A stretch of 62,903 nucleotides of DNA, counting the filler, from Sphacelaria rigidula (Eukaryota): NCBI GenBank assembly GCA_964200075.2. It is 5 parts of 5 records of this genome, joined end to end, with 100 filler letters (N's around TTAATTAATTAA, not from the genome) between each part and the next. Parts side by side here need not be neighbours in the genome. Positions count along the whole stretch, not along the records: positions 12,604 to 25,105 come from CAXNAA020003691.1; positions 25,206 to 37,706 come from CAXNAA020003692.1; 3 more parts are not named here. One strand, written 5' to 3'. Made by a program: the position numbers and the translations under genes. Positions 24,480-36,724 of the stretch are shown here, in pieces (position 1 is the first letter of the stretch; each line of letters begins with the position of its first letter). The notes under the pieces were generated by a model. It was not told where the DNA came from. It did no database searches and saw only the letters and a list, made by a program, of their open reading frames with translations.

Positions 24480-24980
24480 CATGGTTAGGACGAATCAAAT
24501 CGTGATTCAACTCATGTTCATCATTTCAGCGCATAAATCATACGATTCGTACACCATTTGTAATCAATTTATACAGATTTTGAGCTCCTGACTCGTGCAG
24601 TACACCGTCAACGGTACCTGTTTCCTACCTTCCGTTCGTACGCGGTGAATCATGGGCGCATATCCATCCCCTGTGGCAAAAAAAGCGGAATGTGTCGATT
24701 GTACGTGCCACCCACACTTACCATGAGGCGTGAATGGCATGCACATCTATGCCATGCGTAAGACTCGTGCGGGACGGAGAGTCGGCACATGGTTGAATCC
24801 TCTCCTTTCATGGGCCTTGCATCAGGCGTACTTTTTTCCCACTCTGCAATGCGGTTGACATGATTGCACTGCATATGTTATCCACCGTCGGGTGCATGCG
24901 GGACGAACAGTCGGCATATGGTTCAATCATGTCATTTCATGGGGAGTCAACTTGTATGAACTCTGATTCGTCTTCACCGA
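24480..24980. mobile_element. hAT-like MITE copy (family of 17341-17832)
   Basis: catggttaggacgaatcaaatcgtgattc...tgattcgtcttcaccgag; internal sequence colinear with 56221-56699. Confidence 0.8.
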
Positions 24981-25105
24981 GGAATGTTTGGTGTTGCAAT
25001 GGTAGGAAGTGATGAAAACAAGAGGATGGGGGAGGGGGGAATGGAAGGGGGGTCTACTCATTTGTTGCTTGCCTTAGTCGTTTGACCATTGACCACGCAT
25101 CCCTT

Positions 25106-25205
25106 NNNNNNNNNNNNNNNNNNNNNNNNNNNNNNNNNNNNNNNNNNNNTTAATTAATTAANNNNNNNNNNNNNNNNNNNNNNNNNNNNNNNNNNNNNNN
25201 NNNNN
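25106..25205. other. Artificial contig linker
   Basis: Same 100-nt N/TTAATTAATTAA/N spacer. Confidence 0.98.
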
Positions 25206-25956
25206 GGACACAATCCCGGGGAGCGGTGGATTCTCATTTCAAAATACCTTCTCATTTTTCTGGCAACCCTGTTAGCTGTTGTTCAAATCTGGCGCCAAAC
25301 CCTAACCAACACGGAGTATCGAAAGGAAAAACTATAGCACTGTAAGTAGGCGCCTGAAATGTTCATTTTGTAATTTCTTTGTAATTGGCGTTTTTTCTAA
25401 GCCCTTTCGCTTGCCACCGCTCATCGCGTCGGAGATTGGAAGATACTTGTATCCGCTCCACATTCCAAGGGGAAAAATCATCTGTACTCGACGTTGAGCG
25501 ACTTACGGGCTGACCGGTCATCGGGTGGTCCTGTCACTTCTCAGCCCAGATTCTCTAACCCTTCGGTATTTTCGGTCGATCGAGCCTGTCCCGATCGTAT
25601 TTGTGAAGAATTGTACTGGCTTGTTCTTTTGAAAGTCCACCTACTCATTGCGCCAGAGCCGAATAACTGTATTTCACGGTCAATAAAACCCTCATGACAA
25701 ACGGGGTATCTACTCCTATCGCCCGATAACACCAACTAACACTAACTTGGGCACTGTGTTTTGAGGATGACCTGCTTCTTCTACAAAAACCTTCCGACGC
25801 TAGCACTTTCAAGAAAACCACCGAAAAAAACCCGAACAGTTCAGGCACCCGGCACTGTATGCACCCCACCCCCCGCCCGCCCTTGCAAACCAATGCCCAA
25901 CAATACGAGGGAGGAGCAGGGGTCATGCCATTCCTCAACCTCAAACTTCGCAATCG

Positions 25957-26115
25957 AACCGGTTACACCGATTCACCGGACAAACCGGTTTAACCGCCAT
26001 ACCAACACCGACCTCCTTTTCCCAGTTTAACCGGTTTTTCTGTGAACCGGTTTAACCGGGAAAATCCTACCGATAAAGCCTTTTTGGGTTTCCAAGAACC
26101 GTTTACAACTGGTTT
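25957..26115. repeat. Cluster of AACCGG/CCGGTT motifs, probably a DNA-transposon subterminal region
   Basis: Repeated aaccggtt/aaccg motifs in both orientations. Confidence 0.5.
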
Positions 26116-28407
26116 TGTTTCTACAGGTGCGTACCTCTAGTCCCGACCTCCCTAAAACTGTTTCGAGGGATTTCTAGGTTTCCGTTCCCCCAATGGATAT
26201 GTACGAAAGCATATATATTCTTGCCTCGATTTCGGGGTGAAAAAAGGACGCTTTTTGGCCCAAAAAAACATGTTTTCGCACATGTACCTTTGGGGGAACG
26301 GAAGGCCGGAAATCCCCAGAAATAGTTATAGGGAAGTCGGGACGGATGAAGTCGTCCATGTGAAGGTCATTTGTCATGAACTTAGGTCAGCGCGGTTTTT
26401 GAGTTGAACTCACTTTTTTTACCGACACCATTTTCGAGAATCCGCTGTTGATTGGTCCCCTTATGAAAATTGACCCTTTGACCGCCAGGGTGGGCGATTT
26501 GGGTTGCACGTTCACTTTTCAAATGAAAATGATGTCAATTCAACAAGTGAAGCACTGCAGCCGTCGATCGCCGGAGGTATCCAAAATCGGGATCATTTCG
26601 GGTCTGTTTTGGAGTGAAAATGATGCCGATTCCACAAACGGACACCTCCAGCCTCCAGCGGTGGAATAATAGTGAACGATCGCAATTCTCGTGTGTTATT
26701 TTGTCTCCACCGTACTCCGTCGTCGTGAATGAAATAATCTGCTAATGAAGTCGAAGCTTGTCTTGTGCTCCAGCCAGGCGCTTGTTTGGCAAATCAGTCC
26801 CCCTGCCCTTCCTGCATGTTCGTCCCTGTGTCACTTCCCCCAAGACCATACGAGAGCCAAGTAGGTTCGGTAAAGTCCGCTCCTGCAAGGCACGCAGTAG
26901 TCACCACATGTCAAGAGTTTGTTCACCCGAACGCGGCGGCCAAAGTCCATGGTTGAAATATACTACTGTACGTTTTGTGTAAACTGTTCCACCATGTAGG
27001 GATCTTCGGGTTGGGATCTTCACGGGGCTCACAGTCCCGAGAGCTTGCCCAGCGCGCGCAGCACACGTTTCAGACCAAATGGGTACTGCAGTTGTCTCTG
27101 CGAGCTCTACCATCTCAAGTTGTGCTTGTGAACCATGAAATACTACCAGCTACTCTTGCTCAGGGACTCTCGGCATGGCTTGAGCAGTTAGGGTGGGTCC
27201 AGAGACTTTTATGGTCGAGCATTGATTGCTGTTGTAGAGTTCTACAAAAAGTCCTCGACACTAAGATGTATACTGTAGTCAAGAATTTCCGGTTGCCGGA
27301 ACTTACGTCCGCATTTTCACGGGAAACTACCTGTCGTTCTGTGAAGATGTTCAGACACCTGGTAAGTACAGGTGCATGTGACCCCTGCCCATTATATTTC
27401 ACCGAGCGAAACAAAAACATTGTCGGTAAGTGTTTCGTTCTCGGGGTTCTTCATTATGCTATATCCTTCTCCGGTGCCCGCAACCGTACAAGCAACTTGG
27501 TGGTCATCTCAATAGCAGTATGGAAAAAAAACTGAGTGCTGCTTCTACTGGGTCTATAACGGATGTAATTGACGAGAGCCGCGTACTGCTGGATTTATTT
27601 GTTCTTTTGTCTCGGTTTGATGCTCTCTTGTCCCGCTCCTTCGTGATCCCCCCGCTCCCGTGTAAAACGCGCATCGCGACGATTAAATTCCTTTTTTTTA
27701 AGTTATGATGCTTTACTTTCCAAACATATTGTTATTATCCATGATTTCCCCCCCCCAACCTTCCATGCAAAGGAGAAATCTATGTGCACCTGGGAGACGA
27801 GCCATTGGCATGCACATATCCCAGGCGCGTTGGGTGTAGCCCGTCCCACTGCCAGTTGTATATTCCTACGACCCCTGCTTCTACAAAATGAATACAATCA
27901 CTCTTTGTCCATCGTGGATGCACATTTATTCAATGTGCACATGAACCCTGGCCGTCGGATTTTATATTTATGAAAGATCATGTATAGTATCTTCCGGTGG
28001 AAAAAAGGATCGCTTTCATGCAGCCTACATTTCCTGGGTCTTTGATGATGGTCTGTCCGGGGGGTTCTAGGGCTACAGACCACAGTACAGTACATATCAC
28101 TCACACACTACAGCGTCTACAGTACCACGTCCAGTCTATACGTACTGGCACTGACAAAGCTCAGCGTACGGAGGACGGAGCCCACTGGTACACTGCATGC
28201 AGTACTGTTTGTCTTGTAACATAGCTGTGTAGGATATATATCTCGAGTGCTTCCAGGTGTTGTCTGGATTTTTTTCTACTCCACCGCCGTCGTCCGGGCA
28301 CCTCGCCCATCACCAGCGCCCTCGCTGCGTATCTACCGCACCGATCAGGGGTATTCACAGGACAGGCCTTCGTGGGTGCAACATACAACGTACAAAACCC
28401 TCTGATA

Positions 28408-29227
28408 ATGAGGTGGTGTCTGGCTAGCTCGTGCCTCCCCTCCCCATTCAACGCAAAGAACAGGAGCCCCGCTGCCTTCCACGGCAACGGCGAGACACGG
28501 AGGGCAGGCCGGGTCATACCGACTCATTCCACAAGAAGAATAGCAGCCGCACTCCACAGCCGCCTTCGACGGCGCAGTGGCAGGGGGAGGGGTGGTGCTG
28601 ACGGTGGTGCTAATATGGGGACAACTCCCCCTGGGATCGTTAATCTGGCCCGTGGAGTTGTTGGTAGAAGCACTGTTGAGACTCCCCCTCCGTCGCCGGC
28701 GCTGCCCCGACTGCAGCGCGATGGTACCGTGTCGAGTGGGACAGTTGTCGCTGTTGGTGGCAGTGCTATTCCGTTGGATGAAGTTTTCGTATGCACGAGA
28801 AGGACGCCGCCGCCCGCACCGCCGCCGCCATCGCTCCCACCTGGTGCTTGTGAGGGAGAAGAACAATCACATGACGGGACAAGGAGGAGGAGAAGGAGTA
28901 GTAGTCGTGACAGTAGTAACAGTTTTAGAAATAGCAATCGTGATGGTAGCAGCGACAACAGTGGTGTAATCTCACCACGTGAGGATTGCTCACCTACTCC
29001 CGAGGGGGATGCGGCGACATCGGCAGCAGCCGTCGTGATCGGGGAAACAGCACACCAATGTGATGATGGCGATGATCCAGATTATCAGCAAGAAGATGTT
29101 GCAACCAAGAGCACTCCGAAATTGTCAGATGGAAATGGAGAGAGGAGGGCAGCTGGCGATTGTGATTTTGCTTTCAGTGGACCATGCCAGCAGTCATATA
29201 CTCGGTCTCCGACGAAAACAAGAGCAG

Positions 29228-29276
<49 letters not shown>

Positions 29277-30072
29277 GGTGCCTGCACCAGTGCCATCAGT
29301 AGCATCGGTGGATTTTCCAGAAAAAGCTCGAGTGCTGATCATGACTGCTGAGGAACAGCTGGAGGTCACCGCGCAACTGAAAGACTTCATCCTTGCCCGT
29401 GGTGACACTGGCGACGGCGCCGTTCGAGATCCTGCGGTTGCGGCAGGTGCTGCACAACTGTGTCTGGCGTTGCTGACAGGGCAACACGTCCGAACAAGCA
29501 GTTGCTCCCCGTCTACCCCTGGTGTGGGCGGACCGCATCGTCGTTTTGTTCATGGCGGCAGTAAGGAAAATTCGGCATTCGGACGTGCGGCGGCTCAACT
29601 TATCGCCATTTCGCGTGACCACCTCGATGTGGATATGCCGCCCGAATTAGCTGGTGCCTGTCTACAGCATTGGCTTTTCCACGAGGAAGCCGACCACGGG
29701 GCTAGCACTAAGAGCGGTCTCGTTACGGTGGGCAACAAACAACAGCATCAGCAACAGCAGCTTCGGTTTTTCTTATCGCCTCATGCCGCCGGTCGTGATC
29801 CTGCTGCTGCTTCTTCAAATACACTCGACGACGATAGTACTAGCAGTGAGGATGGGGAAGATGGGATCGAATATGGGGTCGGGCAGGAAAATTACCCAAC
29901 GGCGACAGGTGAGTCTGCACGGGGGCTTCACGAGCCGGCAGCAAAATTGGCACTAGACGAAGCTGGTGCAGTATTGAGCGAAATACTAGACGTACTGGGT
30001 GATGCGGCGGAGGTGGAAGGAGGAACTAGAGTCCCGTTGAGGATTGATGCTGTTCCGGGAAACCACAGGTGA
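28408..30072 (+). CDS. Large exon/ORF of an unidentified protein (Pro/Ser/Ala-rich N-part, helical C-part); may splice at 30068
   Basis: 566-codon stop-free frame (28372-30072); ATGs at 28408 and 28615; poly-Ala and poly-Gln runs; ends CAC AG|gtgagg, which is either a donor or the TGA stop. Confidence 0.75.
29229..29276 (+). repeat. (GCA)n/(ACA)n trinucleotide repeat encoding poly-Ala/Thr
   Basis: agcagcagcagc...aacaacaacagcagc inside the ORF. Confidence 0.9.
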
Positions 30073-32239
30073 GGTAACTGCTTTGTACCTGAAACGTTAC
30101 AGGCAGTGGAGTCAGTGTGTGTGCTGTCTTCGCACGAAGAGTCCAAAAAACTGTCGAGTGTACTCGTCAGTTACTTGAGATTTTGCCAAAGCTCGGTTTT
30201 TGGAACGCCGAAGTATGTCATCTCGAGGTAGCGGGAATCGATCTTTTGCACTGCGCTCTGCACTAGTGTACTGAACTTTCTGTGCGGTATCTTCATTCTC
30301 ACGGCGTTCTCTCAAGTGCGAATCTTACTAAATACTGACGAACGCTCACACCCGTGGTACGGCATGAATAAATGTTCAGGTGTTCGTATCACTCTTGACG
30401 TTATGGAGAAGATATATTTAATGTTCGGATCCTTTCTTGAGTATACTCCATCTTGGAAATGTGCCAAGGGTAGCAGTGAAAATTTAAAAAATTAGGATCT
30501 TCGCCTCCCAGGTGCTTGCAGTGCAACTCCTGCTGCTTCGTTTTTTCATTTAAAAAAATAAACTTGCGCCATCGATCATGTCCCTAGGAAGTCCCTCGAT
30601 GGAGAAAAACCTCGCCGGCTGCGAAGTTTGTGCTCTATCTTTGAGAGAATGGATCAAACTTCCAAAATTTCAAATAGTAATACAACAGCACAGCACGAGT
30701 ACATCATCTCTAGATTCTCGGTATGTTTCACAGCAGAGAAATGTACAGATAAATCTCAGGAACCTCGAGTTTGATACATGCCTCTGATGTGCGATCATCA
30801 ATCAACTCTTCTGCTCTGTACTGACTGCCGTATACTTTTACGGCATTGTTTCCCTCGTTGAGTACGCGGTCAAAAATGCGCACTCGATGTTGCACCAATG
30901 GATGGTTTTATTTCGTTTGATTGTATCGGTATTACTCTCGAATTCCCACAAATAAATCTCCATTTTCCCCCCGCCCGTTCTTCTCACTCACGCCTGAACG
31001 TGTCACGGCTGGTGCCCATGCAGACCTTCTTGTATACATTACGAGGGTTGTAATACATTTGCATTTTCACCTCTCCTGTGATCCCACTTTACCGAGAGCT
31101 CCTCGTGAAGATTTCATTTTGCCGCGGGAAATTGATTAGTGGGCACCCCCCTTGAGCGAACCACCCGATGATTCCCATGACAACGGCGAACGCGAAGTCC
31201 GCGAGGAACCAACTCCCTGTCGCCAGAAGATCCGGAGAAACAGGGTTGAACATGAAAATGAGGTTCAACTTCAAAGCAGTGCAGCAGCTTTCCCCGACCT
31301 AAAACGGAAACCCCCCACAATGTTTTAGAGAGGTCGGGGGGGATGAGGGTCATTTGTCATGACTCCATGGGTCAGGAAAAGCACTGCTTCGGACTCAAAA
31401 CTCATCTTCATGTTCAACCTCTTTTCTGATGCCGAATCCTTCATGTCGGTGATTTCCGGCCGATTGATTCCATGCCTCCTGAAACGGTAGTTTCCCGACA
31501 GGGACGCCAGAAATATCTACGTTAGTTCAGGCCGCTTCTTATCTCCAACAAACAAAGATCCTGGAACAGCGCTTTTTTGTCCTTCTTCGTCATCCTACGC
31601 CCTTGAGGCCGCTTGCTATATATATCCAAAAAACGGACTCTCCGAGACCTGCCTTTTTTAGCCTTCCATCGCGGATTTGAACGCACTTTACCGATCTTTC
31701 GTGCGTCCAGTTTTACATTTCGCCAGACTCCCGATTTTTTCAGTTGCCGCAAAAATCTTTGAGTTGCTGGGAAGAAGCACGTATTTTTTTTCCGACAACT
31801 CGAAAATGTTTGGGGCTACTGAAAAAAATGGGAGTCCGGCCAAAATGTACAAGTGAGCGCACGAAAAAATCGGGGAAGTACGCTAGAGTCCTCTTGGAAA
31901 GCATAGCAAATCTTTCAGAGGAGGCCCAATCCGCCAAAGCCCATATTCCGCCAAAATCCGCGATGAAGGGCTCAAAAAAGGCACTTTTCAGAGAGTCCCT
32001 CTTCTGAATATAACAAGCAGCCTACGAGAGCTATAGGCGGAGTTTGACATCTCGAAATGGTTTGCCTCACTTGTCGACAAGGCTGCAGGACATCTTCGAG
32101 GCTTACGTCGACCGTTTTTTGTTTTGCCCAAACTTGTATACTCGTCCAAGAACAGTCAAGAATGATCAAAAATGCAGAAACAACCAACTGCCATTTTCCT
32201 CTGGATTTGGCAGTCTCTGGACGAAGGTTTGTCTCTTAA

Positions 32240-32341
32240 CCCTTAGACCGCGTGGTTAGTCTTTCTGGATCGATCATGCATACTTTTTTCAAGTGAAATT
32301 GATGCCGATTCAACAGGTGACCTACTCTCGCTGTCCAAGGG
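32240..32341. mobile_element. piggyBac-like MITE copy
   Basis: TTAA|CCCTTAGACCGCG...TGTCCAAGGG|TTAA. Confidence 0.82.
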
Positions 32342-32344
32342 TTA

Positions 32345-32670
32345 AACCGTCACAAAAGTTCATCGCTGGTTCGATTCCCGTCGGACGCACTTTTTTTGAA
32401 GAAAAAAGAGGAGAGAAAACCTCTGTAAAAAATTGGCCGAAAGAAAAAGGGTGGGGTATAGCCTGGTGGCAATGTTTGGAGTCGACTACTAAGCACCCCA
32501 GTGCACACACTCTGGAAATGAGAGGGGGAGACGAGTAACTAAAAGGTACGGTGAGTGGGACAACATTGGAAGTCCTGATTACAGTCGATAGAGCGCTGGC
32601 AAGGGGAGTCGCCCTCCTCGCAGTGAAAGCGACGGGGATGGAGCCCCCACGACTAACTTTTGTGACGGTT
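32345..32670. mobile_element. Tc1/mariner-like MITE (TA TSD)
   Basis: Perfect 16-bp TIR AACCGTCACAAAAGTT/AACTTTTGTGACGGTT flanked by TA at 32343-32344 and 32671-32672. Confidence 0.72.
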
Positions 32671-32676
32671 TACGAG

Positions 32677-32734
32677 ACAACCAACTAGACTACTGACCAG
32701 TCAGCGCTGACTGGTCAGTAGTCTAGTTGGTTGT
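32677..32734. repeat. Perfect 58-bp spacerless palindrome
   Basis: acaaccaactagactactgaccagtcagc|gctgactggtcagtagtctagttggttgt; centre between 32705 and 32706. Confidence 0.95.
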
Positions 32735-33660
32735 ATCTTGAACCGTCACAGGTTGCTTGTTTGGCCAAAAACCTGCGGCCACCTGAAAACGCAAAAATGT
32801 CCTGGGACCGTCTCAACGAGTAGAGCAAGTCGTTCCAAGTTGTCAAACTGCGAGCGGGTAAGACAGTTTAGAAGGGAGGACAAGAAGGCAGCTTCACAGG
32901 ATTTTCTCTTGTTTGCCGTAAGAGGCGGCTTACCGCCCCAAATAAGCGTGTGCACATCTATCTCACTCCCAAATCATTTGAAATTCAATTGCCCACGACC
33001 ACGGAAGGCGTCGGCATCAGATGCCCAGTGCGGGGTACTGTACTGTGCAGAGATCGAAACGCTTCTAATGTGAAGGCAACAGCAACAACAACAACTGATC
33101 ACAGGAATTCAATTCCGCCCCTTTTTTTTCTCAGAGGCTGTGGCCTTGTCGTTATCCACCATAGATCTCTGCAAATGTCGCAGTGCTGAGTGCTACTGGC
33201 CATGAAAGGGGGCCCATCAATGGGCCTGTTCGTTCCCGAGAAAGCTCTGGATTGTTCGAGAAGAAGCTTTTTCTCTCATGATAATGAGAGCAGATTTCTC
33301 AACCCTCAGACGGCGAGTGAGGATAGATCATTTGTTGAATCGGTATCAATTTGACGTGAAAAACGTGCGCACGGTCCAGATGGACCACCCTCGACAATGT
33401 TTTCGTGAGATTCAGGGTATGATGTTGATCGAGGGTGAGTCTTATTACTCGCTCTGACTTGACCAATTTTTCATTTTGTGTGTGCTTTTATTTGCCTACA
33501 ACGCTGTCGTGTGCACACAGCTACACGTCGATATCCTACTCAGGAATATCAAAGGTTTCAGTGGCAAGCTACTACACAAAGCGTATCGGGCCTCCCATAT
33601 AAGGCCCGGAGGGACATTTCGGAACCGAAACTATTTCCTTCATGAATTGATCCCTCTTGA

Positions 33661-33759
33661 CCCTTAAACCGCGAGGGTAGCCTTATCTGGATCATGCACA
33701 CTTTGTTTGCCTTGAAATTGATGCCGATTCAACAGAAGACTAACCTCGCGGTCTAAGGA
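33661..33759. mobile_element. piggyBac-like MITE copy (another, diverged reverse copy at 33303-33395)
   Basis: ttga|cccttaaaccgcgaggg...ctcgcggtctaagga|ttaa. Confidence 0.78.
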
Positions 33760-34827
33760 TTAACCGTATCCTAGACTGTCAATCTCACGAAAACATTATT
33801 CCTCTCTGTGTAAGGATTAACCAGGTAAGGCAGTAATTGACCAATTCAAGACAGACTACATATCTCTCCGAAGATCTAGCGTCGAAATGTTTTCCCAGCG
33901 ATTTCTTTTTGGGGGAAGTCCGGGAAATAATCCTAATTTTTTGCCCCGTTTTGACCATTTTTTGCAGTTGGTATTTTCTTGGGGGCGCATTTTCCACTGT
34001 GGTGGGATATTTGATACGGTTTTTGGCCCCCCAAAAAGGGAATATCGCCGTCACATGTCACACGTGGCCAATCGTAATGTTTTTTCAACCCCCAGAGTAT
34101 TTCGTAATGCTCTGTTTTGGTCGCCGTTGCTCACTCGAGAGTATTCACAGGCTCTCTCGTGCAATATTCGAGAGGGCTTGATTCCCTCCAGAGGAATGTG
34201 TGCTCTCTTTTATAATAGAGGTTTCACATAACGTTTTCTCCCAAGCAATCTTGGCCCTTTACGAGGGTTATATTTTTTTCCTGAAATACTCCCGAGATAC
34301 CACCTTGTCGCGATCAACTCCAGAGAAATGTTTGCCCTCAAGAGCTTATACATGCCATATGCTCTCTACGATTTTGAACGCTCTACAGTACATACAGTAA
34401 TACAGGCTGGAATAATTTTGACGGGGGATGTACTCATGATGTTGCATGCCATAGTCATATGACCTTTGACCTCGCATCCCCTTAGAGCCGGGACGGAGAA
34501 CGCCGGGGTTTCGCTAGACTGGGCTCGCAAACAATCACCAAGCGCGAAGCGTCGTGATGTGTTCGGCGAGTCGCATGACGGGTGAGCTACATCCTGCTGA
34601 GATTGTTCTTCCTTTTCTGGTATCTGGAAACTTCGGGGCCAATCGAATCGGGAAACTGGGCTAGACTCCTCACGGTGGGGCGATACAGAAGTGCTAAGGA
34701 CATGTAGTGAAAATATTCCCCGTTTGGGAACCAAAAACCGTGCCAAATGTCCCAAAGGTGAAAAAATGTACCCCCCGCCCCTATCAAATATCAACCGTAA
34801 GAGAAACAGCCTGAGGAGTATCAATGA

Positions 34828-35281
34828 GGCCATCTCTTCGGTGTAAGAAAAAAAATCTTGCTGCCAACTCCCTTTTGGGCCTTTCTCCATTGTGTTACGC
34901 CCGAAAAGAGGGCTAGGCGGATGTTGACACATTGAAAATGTCTTGCCTTACTCATTGAGACCGTTCCGGAACACCCTTTGCGTTTTCCGGTGGCCGAGGT
35001 TGTACTTTGAACAACGAACAGTCAACTTATAAACAAGATCTGGTAGCGTTCCCCCCTGTTTTTCTCATTACTTGATCGTTTGTGATTAAAAATGCGAGTC
35101 CGGGCAAAAGTCGGACTGCGGCCAGCGGGAAACGCGCAGGTGCCCAGGAACGGTCCCGACGAGAAGAGCAAGCCATTGCAACGTGTCAACATCCGCCTAA
35201 CCCTCTTTTCGGGCGTACGACGGAGAAGCGTCAAAAAGGCAGTGTCAAGAAGATGTTTTTTTTGTAACATGAGAAATGGCC
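34828..35281. mobile_element. Foldback (long-TIR) element, Harbinger-like GGCC ends
   Basis: Arms are imperfect reverse complements (tacgcccgaaaagagggctaggcggatgttgacac / gtgtcaacatccgcctaaccctcttttcgggcgta). Confidence 0.75.
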
Positions 35282-35711
35282 GGATGTTATGGCGAACAGA
35301 TTTTTGGCCCACGGATGGTTCACTTTTGGGATGTTTGACCCACTTTTCGACCCTCAAACAGGGAAAATCGCCAACATACGTCTAGCCTACTTTTCAGATT
35401 CGCTTGGCTCCGAGGTTTCGAGATTGGCCGCTAAGCAATAATCTGTGCTTGCCGACCCCCGCAAGTCTGCCCAATAATCTGTGGAGATCGCCGCAGACGT
35501 TATTGCGCACGGATTATTGTTTAGCGGCCACTCTCGGAACCTTGGAGCCAAGTAAATTTGAAAAAAGTGCTAAGCTCCTCTCTGTGGGGTGATACAGAGT
35601 GTCCGAGACGTGTGCTGGCGATTTTCCCTGTTTGAGGGTCAAAAAGTGGGTGAAACGTCCCAAAAGTGAACAATCCGTGGGCCAAAAATATGTGTGCCGT
35701 AACATCCGGCG
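35278..35711. mobile_element. Foldback element, second family
   Basis: gccggatgtta...tttttggcccacggat..cacttttggg..cccactttt.gaccctcaaacagggaaaatcgcca mirrored at 35600-35710. Confidence 0.8.
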
Positions 35712-35714
35712 TAA

Positions 35715-36168
35715 GGCCCCTCCTCATGGCAAACAAACAAAACGTCCTGTAAGAAGCTTTTTCAGGCCTTTCAGTTTACCCTAACAGAGAGCCAGGCGAC
35801 GTTTGATACCTTGAAACGACTTGCTCTACTCGTTTAGACAGTCCCAGAATATCTTCGCGTTCTTGCCCGTGGTGGAAATCTTTTCACCCAAACTCGCATT
35901 TTTGTCGTGAGACGATGAAGTCCAGACGAAAACGGCTTCTTTTTTTTTTCAGATTTGACCGTTCTTGGACAAAAAAGTGAGTTGTGCAAAAGAAAAAGGC
36001 AACGGCTACCGGAAAACGCGAAGGTGTTCTGAACCGCATCAGCGAGCAGAGCAAGTTATTTCAAGGTGTCGAACTCCGCCTAGCTCCTCTGGGGGCGTGA
36101 AACAACGAAGAAGGACCACACAGGCATTTTTACAGAACGTTGGTGTCGGTTTGCCATAATGAGCGGGC
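35715..36168. mobile_element. Foldback element related to 34828-35281 and 43186-43666
   Basis: taa|ggcccctcctcatggcaaac ... gtttgccataatgagcgggc|ta; inner motif ccttgaaacgacttgctct / agagcaagttatttcaagg. Confidence 0.7.
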
Positions 36169-36557
36169 TAGGGGCGCTTTTTTTTCAGACGATATCGGAG
36201 CTTTTTGGAAGAAAACTTTCTCTCGGAAAAATGCGAGGAGATTTTTCAACCAGGTCAGCCAAAATATCAGTGCAAAAATGAATACGACACATTCATCCGA
36301 TTTAGAGTCGGAATTGTCTTTCAGCACTTTCGCGAACTTGGAGAAGGTGATGAACCGGAAATGTTTCAAGATAAGGTTCCCATTAATATTACACCCAACA
36401 AGACCACTCCCTAGGTGATGTCCCCGTTTTGCTTCTTGCGCAGTAGAATTCCGAGGGAAAGCATGCTTCAAACTCCTTGGGCTCAAGAGTAGCTCTTTTC
36501 TCGAGGCGACCTTGTGCTTTGCTCGAAAATCTATGGTTGTGTTTTTCAAAATAACTG

Positions 36558-36724
36558 TAACCCCAACGTGAACCCCGACCCTGAGCCAATGCGTACGAGA
36601 ACCCTCGGGCAAGGGGATTGCAAAGGTTGCCCTAGGCAAAGTGTGTGCTGGTAGAGGTCAAATCGGAGCCGCAGGCGCTGATGTATATAAGAACACGTTC
36701 TGGGCACGCCGAGAGCACTCACCC
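36558..36724 (-). repeat. Reverse copy of the TTAGGG-tract interspersed repeat
   Basis: aaccccaacgtgaaccccgaccctgagcc...gagaaccctcgggcaagggg...tcaaatcg..gccgcaggcgc is the reverse complement of the 2858/12731 family. Confidence 0.68.

Noticed and set aside
26700..27700. 186-aa ORF or possible transposase relic
   Set aside because: No recognisable motif in any frame and no supported splice structure
28345..29622. Antisense and alternate-frame ORFs (poly-Leu, poly-Gln)
   Set aside because: Shadows of the GC-rich 566-codon ORF and its trinucleotide repeats
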